NCBI GenBank assembly: GCA_904063045.1
Contig: CAJFCJ010000002.1
Location: 2,289,891-2,353,890 of the forward strand
DNA length: 64,000 nt
Direction: 5' to 3'
From: Dimorphilus gyrociliatus
Taxonomy: Eukaryota; Animalia; Annelida
Below the pieces are notes generated by a model. It saw nothing but the letters and a program-made list of their open reading frames with translations. It did not search any database and was not told the DNA's origin. How positions within the stretch are numbered: position 1 is the first letter of the stretch; each line of letters starts with the position of its first letter. Shown piece after piece: positions 14,588 to 26,908 of this stretch. The position numbers and the translations under genes were made by a program.

Positions 14588-15457
14588 AACCCCCCTATTA
14601 TTCTTTTAATTCAATGTTTATTTTAACTATTTATCTTTTTTTTAAGTGAAAAAAACAGCAAAACAAATAATAAACAAAAAATTATTCTATTTGTTAAATA
14701 TTCTATTTCCTTCCACCTATATTTCTCCTTTTTTTTATTATTTGCTCACTGTTTGTTGCATATTAAATTAGATTAGCTGTTATTTTTATTCTGTATTTTT
14801 TTTATAAAAAAAAAAGAAAAAAAAACAACTCATATCATATTAATTCGATTTTAACACGATGTCGTGACTTTTTTCCTTATATAATTTGTATCATCTTATA
14901 ATCGTAATAAAAAACAATGTAGTCTTTGAAAACAATTTAAAGACATTAATTTGAAACTTTAGTACATGCTTTTCAAACAATGTTGAACAGAGTTTTTTCA
15001 TGTGTACGTTTACAATACTAATATTATGGTACGTTACCGTTGCTTGTCCCTCTTCCCTGAGGGATTGAAAGATTTCGTGTATAATACTATTAAAATTCCA
15101 TACGTCTTTATTCCCAATTACAAAACAAGAACATTTTTTCTAGTTTAAGTAACAATTTCATTGACAGTTCAAAAGAATTGAATATAATTTGAACTAAAAA
15201 CAAATCCTTTAAGATCTCCAATTAAATTATTGCGCTTGGAAAGAAATTAGTAATCTTCTCTGGTATGCCTTTTTCTTTTCTAACTCTTCCTACGCCTTCC
15301 TTTTTCATTGTATTTTTAAACCTAATAGGCATTCCTATTATTTATGAGAAAATAAACTTTACTGCACATAGGCCTGGGACTTGTTAATATCCTGATTTCT
15401 TCTTAATGGGTGCTTAGAGTGAACTATTTATATTGCTACATATATACATATATGTAA

Positions 15458-15488
<31 letters not shown>

Positions 15489-15792
15489 TGTGGTATATAT
15501 GCATCTTTGTAACGCCACTTATTCTACAACAGTCATACAGAAAAGGAAAGAAAGAAAACCGTATAAATAGACTTTTTTTCTTCTTTCATGAAAAAAAATG
15601 AAAGAGTGAGAAGTGATAGTAAGGAGAGAGAAAGATAGAGAGGAGGGGAGGAGGGAAGGGGTGGATGGGAGGTTTTTTCTAAAAAAAGGATATTTGTCTA
15701 TTCAATGTATTTTTTCTTAAAGAAAAGGGTGCAGATGTGAGGTCAGATGTGCTTACAATACACAACAATTTCTTCAACCGTACCGAATCCAA

Positions 15793-18143
15793 TTAGCAAT
15801 GGTATCTACTTTGAAAAGGAGCTTTTTTAATTTTTTTATTTAGTGTTAAATTTCTTGCACGACTATATTTTTCTATATTTTGATGTTGATAGTTTTTATT
15901 AAGCTTCAAGCAATACTCATGATCTATCGTTAAAGGTTTAGACCATTTTGACTGTCCTATTGTGAGAGTTTCTTCTAAAGATCTACCTCTTTTACAATAA
16001 TTAGTTATTTTAAATGAGATATCTTTATAAAATTTAAGTTCTTCAAAGACGTTCTTCTCTTTCGAGACCTTTCTCCAAAAGGTTTTATTAAAGGCGTTAT
16101 AGAGCATGTAATCCGCTTTGCTCCATTCTTTGTGAATTTTCTCATCACTTTCCCGGTTATGGGATATCGATAGTTTCCGCTTGTTTACGTGGTGTTTGAT
16201 GTAGATTAAGTCTAGAAAAGACCATCTCAAATATCTTTTCAGTAAAACCATTGACAAGTTGAAATATTCGACAATAATAACGAAATTCAATTTTTTTTGG
16301 AGGTGAGCAATGTATTTAAGTATTTCTTTATCATTATTTTGTATGTTCTTGGAAGTGTAAAAGCCCAATGGCATACCCAGATCATAGGACATTCCATTTC
16401 TGTACTGAAGTGGAAATAATTTAGACTATTTTTTTTTAAATAGCCTTATAAAGGCCTATGAATGTCGTTTATGATGTCATCTCAGTGGGCTCTAAGAATC
16501 GTAACCACAGGAAGACAGAATAATCGGATCACTAAAATTATAACGGAATGAATAAGCGTTCAATCATGGATAAACAAATGTTAGCGGGACCCCTTGATGG
16601 AATTAGCTTCGTAAATTATAATAATAAAATAATCGCATATTTTGTCCTTTAAATTACCGTGCCCGTATTTGACTTATTTACCTACACCTTTGACTTGAAT
16701 AATTTATTCTAGCTAGGAGGTAGAAATAGGTCGGGGTTCCAAAGAGTTATGGATCGGACGTGTCACTACTTTTATGCGATTCGTGGTGGGTGGTGAACTA
16801 ATTCTTGACCCTTATTGGACTTCGTTCGGAAGGCTGTTTAAGGGAATCGGAGGAGGTTCAAGAGTAATAAAAAAACAGTTTTATTACAAATAAAAAACGT
16901 GTTAAGTTAATGAATAATTTAGCAAGTAATTGAAACAGTAACTTTGTTACTAACCGCTTTGTTATACGATTCGTTAAGCATATGCTTGTTTCTTAGGTCG
17001 TAGGTTAAAATTTTTGTTTGATGTGGGTCATAAAGGGCTAAAGTTTTTAAGGGTCAAGCGAATCGTATGGGTCAATGACTAGTGTGTATTGGGTCAGATG
17101 AGTTAAACTGACCCATTTTTGGCCACATGGTGTTTTTTTGGATAAGATCAATTATTGATAATTAAATTTATACCCACATTAAATCCGTCGTCTAAACATG
17201 CATAGCGATTTCGTCGAACATACGGAATAGGTGACATGAAAAGATTGCTGTAATAGTGTAACTGATTCATATAAACTGATACTGCATTGGACCAATGCAG
17301 ACCAACTGTCTTATAAAATTTTTCGTGGTTAAACATAGATACGAATTGATCAAATGGTTTTCGAATGCTGGCGATATAAACTGTATCATTAGGCATTAGT
17401 GATTCAAGTTCTTCTGAATTATAAACCATATGTTCACTAATTACATTTGACTTCTTTTTCATAGGCCTAACGAATTCTTGTCTAAACAAATGAGGCCATC
17501 CCAGAGTAAATTTTGATGGATAAGGAATTCCACAACTTAAGTTGTGCTCGATGCAAAATCTTCTAAAAATATTGGCTAAAGTGAGACTGGCACACTTATG
17601 AACTCGTATATAGACTACATTAACAATAGGATCGTTTTTATAAGTGTCACTTTTTTGGAGTAGCCTCTTTTCCTTTACAATCTTATCTCTTTTCTTTTGA
17701 GGTCGACTTTTAACTATCCACCTATCAGCCTGTTCTCTTTTTTCTACTTTTTTCTTTAATATGAAATGTTCATATTTAGTATTTCTATTTCGTAAAGCTC
17801 TTCTAAGTTGAAATCTGCCAAAAAATCTGCGGTCATGGAAATTATGCCATCTGCCAACGTAATCAAATTCGGGTCTAAACGGTACAAAAGTGCTTTCCTC
17901 CACGAGATCCATAAGTTGTACGGTAGATTTGACATTTGACAGAGTTGAGACCATCTCTCTATAATTTGTATTATCTTGTAGATTTCCCATAGGGGACACG
18001 GTTGTTTTCCTTCTCACTATCTTTACTTCGAAGTTTATCGACCAATCTTTGAAAAAAGAGAAAGCCGTCTGATAAATAATCTGAGCAAAACAACAGAAAA
18101 CAAAAAGAATAACAATATTAGACAATTTGGCAAGACGAGGCAT
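15793..18143 (-). CDS. Galactose-3-O-sulfotransferase family, type II membrane protein (2 exons)
   Basis: N-terminal TM; VVYIRVHKCASLTLANIFRRF (PAPS 5'-PSB); EHMVYN..LMPNDTVYIASIRKP; exon 2 YRNGMSYDLG..FVIIVEYFNLSMVLLKRYLRW..WSKADYMLYNAFNKTFW. Intron about 17177-16405. Confidence 0.9.
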
Positions 18144-18256
18144 ATTTTAATTATTCACTAGAATTCTCCATGCTTAATAGAGATGCTGCATGCGCATTTA
18201 TACTTTATTTAAAGGTCATCCTAAGCCTACAATACTAGCTAATTATAGTTGAGTCT

Positions 18257-18270
18257 ACGCCATCTAACGG
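18257..18270 (-). promoter_or_regulatory. CTCF-type motif 5' of the sulfotransferase ATG
   Basis: CCGTTAGATGGCGT, identical to the 14-mer at 44587. Confidence 0.6.
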
Positions 18271-20119
18271 TTTCATAAGTAATAAAGATAAGTTGCATAG
18301 AAATTTGACAAAGAGAATATGCATCTGTTTATGAAAAGGTTATTATAACCCTAGCTGCATTCATACAATCAACATTAACGGGTATTATTCAAAAATAAAT
18401 CGACTTGAATAGCTTTATAAAAAAAATACTACAGCGACCAATAAGAAATTTTGACTGAGGTCCTTAATATTCCGACGAATAAGCGTCGAGCTAACAAATA
18501 ATCGAAAGCCCGGCGCCATTTTACGATCAAATGAACTCAGCTGAACTCAGTTTTGAAGGAAATTAGCCGAAATATGCCCAAATACCGCAGGTATGTGTAC
18601 TCATTTTATACTTTGCTTACTGATCAATCATAACATAAGCGTTAAAAGTGCGCGATCGTCTTAGTAGCAAGTTTATTCGTGATAATCGCTCTTGTTGTGA
18701 CGGTCGATCGGAACATATGTGAGTTCTCTTTAAAAGTTTAAATAGATCGGAATAACTTTTGGACAGTTGCGTTAGACATCGTAAACATTATCCAGGTATG
18801 GCATAAATATCGTTGAAAACGGTAGTATCGAGTGACTAGTTCAATACTAGTCATTAAACTAACAATGAATCTGTTTGGCGTAGATGCTTATCAATTCAAC
18901 GTGTACACAAAGGCTCATGTTTACAGTAGCAGTGGAAGTTTGTATTAAACTTTCCCAAACTTTTTCTCAATTTGATGGTGAAGAACATACTGTTACACGA
19001 CCCGAATGAACGCGGGAAAGCTTGTCCCTTGAATTAGGTAGAATTTAAAGTAAATTTTAACGCAGCACCTGGCTTCTAGCAGTCGCACCTGTTAGTTGCT
19101 AAGGATTTATTTACGAGCAATTATTACAAAGTAATGATGGAAGAGAAATCCTACGTAATCGCTTAGCTCGTTAATCAATCAAAATCTAATGAAGTTCAAA
19201 AGCGAAGAAAATTCCTCTATTCAATTAGTTAGGTGTCCCGCGAGTACGGTAGACTAGTTAGTCTTTGATCTGTTGCTATTTTCGAATTTGATACGAATTC
19301 CCGCTAAAATCCCTGTTTTATGTCAATTGTTTAAGTCGGTAATGTACCGGGTTGTGTTTTTTTTCATTGAAATTTCTAAACCTTTCCCGCGGGGCGTTTA
19401 ATTTGTCCAGATAGCGATAGGCTCGCGCCGTTACACTTTCACCGAAATTGACTGTAAAAGTAGCACTTAAAGATCTTTGGCATGTTCAATAATTGTTGTA
19501 TTTTATGAATTTTTCTGGTTTGAGATTGTATTTTAACTTGTTTAAACATAGCACGCGTAGTTTTCTAATGAAAACTTTACTTTGCTTGACGCATGCCTAT
19601 AAGTCTCTACGTTATGACAACGTTTCTCAAGGAATACCTCTATTATACGTCAAAATTGAATGTAATTAAACGCGTCGTCTACACCAATAATTATACTCCG
19701 TATCGGTCTCGAGTTTTTCAAACATCTCTTTGTGGAAAGTAGATGATTACATAATCATCAAAATGATAAAGAATCTAAACTGACGAGTTCAAGTTTAACT
19801 CTTTCTTTTTGATCTGTTTTCTCGATCTTGCTCTACTCTCTGCCCCCTAGGTGGTTTTATAACTTATAGGAAGTAAGAGAAACAGGGAAAATGACCTTAG
19901 GCAGTCTTTAATACTTTGGTTTTTTGACACTTTCGCTATAAAATTTTACTGCAAAACTAGCACCTGAATGTGAATATTTGATTTGAAAGAGAAAAATCCG
20001 GCTTTAATTATACGCACGCGCATTTCTCTCTTTGCAACCTTGTTTGCGTGCTAATTATTCAGTCGGTGGCGAAATGAAGAATGTGACCGAGTGAATAGGA
20101 AGTTGTCGAGATAGGTTTG

Positions 20120-20133
20120 CCACTAGGGGGCGG
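20120..20133 (+). promoter_or_regulatory. CTCF-type motif upstream of ARHGAP19-like
   Basis: CCACTAGGGGGCGG, near-consensus; an opposite-orientation weaker site at 19841-19854. Confidence 0.7.
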
Positions 20134-20809
20134 TTGACGCTTTGCTTAATTGGAGAGCGTCACTGTTGTGCTATACGCTCGTGCGTAAAGGACTAAAACT
20201 TTTTTCTCACCTTCGCTTTTCCAATTTCCTTTATTGTCAATTTTATTTTATTTACACTGTTTCGATTGAACGAAAGTATCTCTAATAAGGACAAAAAGAA
20301 ACTTTTGCAATTCTTTATCCTACAATTTGTTTACTTTTTCCGGATTTTTGTTCTCTTGAGGTTTGTAGATAAATAATGTAAGTAGGAAAAGATAAGGAAA
20401 TGATTATTATTTATGTATAGTTAATGAATAAGAAATATTATTACAACTATTTATTATTCTCATGCTTGATAGTTATCTATTATGGAATAAATAGTAATAA
20501 TTAGGGATTTCTTTTGAATACTTAAGAAATCACGCTGACTAGCTTACAATTGCATTTTGAAATCTGTGCAAGAGGCAGTGACGTAATATTATGTGGTGGA
20601 GCGCAATGCTTCTCCCTTGATTTCTCTTCCATTCAATGATTTGAAGTACTTGCACATCTCTTGACATTTCTTTAAATTACTGTGCGGGTGATTAGCGAAC
20701 TAACGAAATCGGGTTGTCTGTCTCTCACCCACTTTTACTTAAAATATTTTGACAAAAGAAGAGATCTAGTTAGTGGTTATTTCATTGTCAGAATTATACA
20801 AAGGAGAAT

Positions 20810-23800
20810 ATGTTAAATTTCAGAAAAGTTGATGATATGGACGGCGAATCGATTCGTGTCGTGAATAGATTAAAGAACACGAATGCCGCCAAATTTGAGA
20901 CCATGTGCAAGATGCATCTATCCTTTTTACTGCATTTGGACGGCGATCAATTACAGGTTTGTTGATAGCTTATTTTCAAATTAAAATCACATATACCGCC
21001 TGTTTACTTTTCCATGATTCGAACATTATTTGTTATTTATTTCCTATCAGGAATTCCTGTCTGAGAAGGAATTGAATAAGGCGAGAGTACATTTCCCTTT
21101 CTATAAGCGAAAACCTACGAAAGAAAAAGGTAAGTGGCTTGTTTTTGGTAATTTTAATGCGTGTCATTCGACTAATGGCTTTTATAGGCCTCTTTTTCGA
21201 GTGTCATTTTCGTATTTGAATAGAGGCGCGAAAATATCTTATTTATGCATGCAGCGAACTATCTTGAAAAGTGAACGGTATTCGCTTCAAATATGCCGGT
21301 AGATTGTCTAGAAAGTGCCGACGTCTATTCTGTTAAGCGACAACGTTTACTCACCAACAGACCGTCCTTTAATTAGTCCTATAAGACGACAGACACGCCC
21401 ATAAAAACTATCTGCTAAGGAATTTCCCAAAATTTCCTTTTCTTTTTTGCCGTCTTTTTTCCCGAACTGGATATCTTTTTTATAAAATCATTAAAGAAGA
21501 GGGTGGGGAAAAAAGACGCCGCCTCTATTTGCCGAATGTGACGTTTACGCATTGTATTTTCCTGAGCAGGTGTATTTGCGCTTTAAGTGGTATATACCTG
21601 TTTACTTTTTATGTATTTTTTTAAAAGAAAAAAAGGGGGTCTGTTTTAAGAAATACAATGATGTGTTTGGTAGTATTTAGCAAGCTAAAAAATTTTATTA
21701 TAACCTCTCTAATTGGTCTGCTATTACGTAATTTAAACGAGGAAGGATAGACAAAGGACACAAGGAAACCTTTTGTCCCTCTTAGAATATTTTCAAATAA
21801 GACACCAAAGGGGTAAGATGGGACGAATAATCGTTATAACAACTTTAGAAAAACCCTGAGGAACACTTTACTCAGAAAATAAACTTTAAAACTCAAAAAC
21901 CCTTGCAATAGACTATGTTAACGCTTTTGGGAATTAACGCTTCGCCTAATGACTGTCGTGTTTGTCCGCTTCGGGCTATATATTTCAAGTCTTATCTCTT
22001 ATCAAGTCGACGCTGGAGTTTGTAAAAAGAAAAATCGCTTTCGTACATTTGTTTGTTGTTTGTAAAGTCATGCCGAGCGTCGAGGGAAAAGCAGAATTAC
22101 GTAACCTGTCACGGAGCGACGAGTTTGTTCGGCAATATATTTTAAGTCTACCTAATCGAGTGTGAATTTTTGTTACTTTTGTCATGTTTTCATTTTGTCT
22201 GTTTATTCTAGGGGTAATGCCTGTTTCGGATTAACTTTTTAGGACTTTAGGGACTCTCTTCGTTAAAAAAATGCGTGACTAATTTACCCAAGCTGACAGA
22301 TTTCTTTGAATAGGCGTCAACACTTTAGACCCTATGCTTACCCATTTCCTGTCCTCCTGAGTTATGCTTATATATTTATATTATAATGTTTGGATGGTGA
22401 AAATTTATTCATATTTAATTCTCCCGAATGTCCTTTGTTAACTCGTCAACGGTGGCGTTATTCTTATTCGATTTGACATTTGAAATGTGCTCTGAGTTAA
22501 ACGATTTAAACGAACCGGAAACGCTCCGTCTACTAACTAAATTTATCGAAGGAAACCTTTCATTTCATTTTACTAACTAAGTCTTTTGGGGTTTAAATTT
22601 CGATAGATAATCATCTGAAATGACACTGGCAAACGATCTTGCTTAATGAACTAAGTATTGTAAATCATGCCCCGGAGCTATCTCAACAATTGTCCATTGT
22701 TTTCCTATCTAGATTATATCTCATTAACTAATGATAAAGTTTTTAGTACTCGGATTACAATGTCGCAAGATTGTAACAGTTTTAAAAATTTGAGCCAATT
22801 CTCTTAATAACTAATTTCCTTTATCCTAAAATGGACTAAAATTCAAGCTAATTTATACATCTTCCTTTATGGTTTTCAATCTGTTGCTTTTAGGAAGACA
22901 ACACTGCTTTAATTTTATCACATTTTAAAATCTATTTCCTTTCTTTCTTAATTGATAAGATTTGCTCCTTTTCTCCTATAATTATACTTTCACGAATTAT
23001 GAGTCTAGAAGACGGGAAAGGCGTCCGTCAACTATTGTAGTAATTGCGTAACAAAATTGGATTTTTTCGCGCTCGTCACCTATTTAACTAGGTAGGGGAA
23101 GGAAGTTTCGGGCGGCTGTAGGGCGGATGCGAAGGAAACTGTGCCCCTCCCCCGCGAATTCCTGTGTCCCGAGGATCTCCCTCAACCCGCCAAGTTGAGG
23201 TTTAGAATATCATTCTTGAAGACTAGACTGAAGTAATTCTACACTCGTGCGTCGGCATTAAATGATTGCAATTTGCTAGCTTCCTTTGTTTACGAGAGGA
23301 AGCTCAAACAAAGGGGTTAAAAAGACGACCAACGAAGGAATTTAACAACAGTTAAAGAACGCATATTACTGGTCATGGGTTAAATTATACCTCAAACTAT
23401 CTGTGCGTGTGTGACGTCAGCTTGCTAATTAATATTGATTAACCCTATTACGACATTCGAACGACCGTTCGTTCAACACCTGGTCAAGCGTCGACCAAGA
23501 ACGGTTGACAAAGAGAAATTTCGCACGCGGCGTTCGTGACGTTTTCGGGCCGTCGAATATTTTCTTTATGTTATTTATTTATACGATCTCGGAAAAACGA
23601 GTGTGAACGTATTGAAGGTTTATTTACATTAAAGGGGATAATCCAGATTTTAAAATGTGAGAAAAGAAGTGAAAAAGAGGGGAGGAAGGGAAAAAAAACG
23701 AAACAAAGAAACAAGGTGTTCAACTATGTATGACCTGCGTACTTTGATTTGATAAGGGTGATAAGTAGGGCGTGAAAGGTGTTTCATTAACCCCAACCAA

Positions 23801-26112
23801 AATATTTCGGGTCAATAGCGCGATCGTTTTTCCAAAGAAAGGGAAAGAAGGTCCTTTGTGATCCACGGAATGTAATCCTATATAAGTCCTTTGCGCCTAC
23901 GAAATATTTTCTCTTCTTCTCGCTCACCCGTTAATATATTAATCCTATACAAGCAAAAAAGCCCATGAGACGGGAGGGGGGCATCGGAGAATTTTTTTTT
24001 CCGGCACCCCTTTTGATGTCGATACTAACTTGTCCGCAAGCTATTTATATATTTTCTGCCTGGCGTTTGATCTATAGAATTTTACGAATTGACCGCGCTC
24101 AATTTTTTTTCTCGACCCCTTTTAAAACACTTTTAAATAACCTAGACTCTTTTTTGTTTGCCAGCTGAAAAATCGGCATCCGACGGTGTTTTTGGGTCGT
24201 GTCTCTCACACCGAACTATCCAAGCAATTTCACCTGTTATAGAATTTTTAAAAGAGGAAAAGAGTAAGTATAACATGTTCATAATGTTTTTAGAAAGAGG
24301 TGAAAGGAGAAACCGTGGTTACTCCCACTGTTCGACATTTTCTATACGACTTTACTCGCAACAGATGTGAAACAGGAAGGGCTATTCCGAAAGAGCGGAC
24401 ATCAGGTCAGACAAAGGCAGCTACGATCAAAAATACACAATTGGGAAGATGTGACCATGGAACTGGAGGACGGCGTCTATTCCCCTCACGACTGTGCGTC
24501 AGTCTTAAAAGGATTCCTTGGTGAAATGCCGGAGCCTTTGTTGACTGAGGCTCACTATTTAGCCTATTGCCAAATACCAGACTTTGCGAAGCGTTGTACG
24601 AATTTGGACGACAAGAAGAGAGCGGAAGAGAAACAGGTGTCTACACTGCAACTACTCCTTCAATTATTGCCGAAACCCAATTCACAGTTGCTCAACTACG
24701 TCCTTCAACTTCTGCATCTAGTCGCCTCAAACGCCGACAATAAGATGACGGCTGACAATTTAGGAACCATGTTCGCTCCTCATATTCTAGTTCCCCGTAA
24801 ATTACCTCCGTGTGAGCTTCAAGCTGCCGCTGCTAATGGTGGCCGTATAGTGTCATTCATGATTCAAAAAGAGCCGCAACTGTCTCAAATGCCAGAAGCC
24901 CTTGTCAGAGACATTAAGAAATATTGGGAAGAAGTTGAAAGCTCTTTCTGTGATAAAAATACAGGCGAAGATATTGTCAACACTACAAAATCGTTTACAG
25001 ATAGGGCTGCATCGGCTGCCGAGGATGATGGTGGCAGATATCAAGACTATCAGCTATCTTTATTGGCCACCCACATTGCAAATATGCCAGATTGTTCCAG
25101 AAAGCGTAAACTACTAAAAAACGTTTGTAACAATTTATCAAATCTATCAACCCCCATGGCTCATAATTTATTTTTTCAATAGTATAAGAAAATGAACGGC
25201 GTTATCGGAACCCCCCAGAAACAACATAAAAGAACGAGAAGCTTTGGTGATACAATCAAGAAAATAATGCATAGATCCCAATCAAGATCTAGAAAATATA
25301 GCGCCCATCAACAGATTCGCTATTCGTCAAGTTCCTCCTCGTCATCATCTCGATCTCACAATTCCGTACATAGTTCAGATTCTTATACGCCTTTGGGATG
25401 CAGTCCAGTTGTTAAAATTGATGATAACGACGAGGTAAGTTTGTTTTTAACTTAAAAGGAATTAGGCATGTAGAAGGGATAGATATGGCATTAGATACTG
25501 TCGAATCTTGACAGCCTGCCCTGGGGCTGTATAACGTTACAAAGAAAATTCATCTAAACCTGTACATTTTATAAAGTATCCTCTGGTCTTTTCTGCTTAT
25601 TGCCTGACTAGGTTTTATTACTGCTATCAGTGGGGGGCCGACGGAAGGCCAATTGAAAGAATTATACGATACTAATACTTATTGCCTAACTACGGTAGTC
25701 TCCTTTACATTTTAAGCTTGTTACATAAAACTCTCTGGGGTGATTTGTCGTTAATGTCAAAGAGCTAGAAATTTGAACCTCTAAATGATTTAAAATGATC
25801 CTTTAACAGGTGTACACTGAAAGCCCAGTTCGCATTGTCGATTTACAAGAAGGAACGTCGAAGAAACGAAAGCCGGGTAAAGAGAACAATGATCCCAATG
25901 ATGGATTAGATTCATCAGATTCACCATGCGCGTCTCCTATTTCCAAAACTATGAGAAAAGCACCGAAATCCCTGCAGGTATGAGCAAATAAAAGATACCC
26001 TAATCAAATATTTTAAATAAAAAAACCCTATTCAATTCTATTTTACCCCTTCCAGAAACACATAATGACGCCTGGGTGCCGAGTTCCTTTCGCTGTGATG
26101 AATACACCTTGA
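20810..26112 (+). CDS. ARHGAP19: Rho GTPase-activating protein, ARHGAP19-like
   Basis: Exons 20810(or 20837)-20956, 21051-21129, 24165-24263, 24365-25122, 25183-25434, 25811-25976, 26056-26112, with compatible phases. GVFGSCL, QEGLFRKSG (arginine finger), LKGFLGEMPEPLL, NKMTADNLGTMFAPH, KRTRSFGDTIKK. Confidence 0.9.
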
Positions 26113-26908
26113 TAATGAACACCAAGGCGCTATATTTTTTTCTTCTTCATCTACATAGACTGTACATAATTAGAATGGAATTTTTTAATCTCTATTTTTC
26201 TAAGCGATTTTTTTTTCTTTTTGTAGTTTTCATGAAAATACTTTTGTGTGCCATTTTTTTGATAGAAAGAGTTTTTTTTTCTTTAAGAAAAGAAAAGAAA
26301 AGGAAAGAAAGAAATCACTTTTTTTTTTGCGTAATAAGTAGCAATGTATTGTCTGTGTCGTGGTGTTTTCTCGTTGTAATACATAACAATTTTCACAACA
26401 AAATACATTTTACTCTCTTTTGTTTAAAAAGCCTTTGATTTAGGTAAAAAACAATTACTTCTTTTTCACAACTTGAACGATTACGTTTAAAACAAGTTTC
26501 GATGCCGTTTGGTCAACATTTATTTTTTACGTTTTCGATTAAGATTCCCTGTGGATGCTTAAAAAAAGCATAAAAAACGAAAAAATTTTGGGTCAAAGTC
26601 ATAAAAAAGTAACGTTTTATAATATGATCTGTTTCAAAGCGGCCGGGAAAAATTTGTTACAGTTGGCAAATGTTATTCTAATACGGAAGTACGGTGTCTC
26701 TACCCCTAACTTGTTATAGCCTGCGTTTTTTAGCGGCTATCGGGCAAAATTAATGGTGCTAGAGTTGCTTTCAATAATGTATCATACATGATATCTCTAT
26801 ACCATTTTAATCAAAAAATAAATTTTTCTTATCAATTGCAAAAAATTTATCTTTTTAAGAAATTTTATTATAATCAACACTTTATCGCTCTTCTAATTTT
26901 ACCAAGTT

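Noticed and set aside
21962-22185. ORF MPSVEGKAELRNLS.. as an alternative first exon of ARHGAP19
   Set aside because: Available donors are phase 0 or 2, but the 24165 exon needs phase 1.
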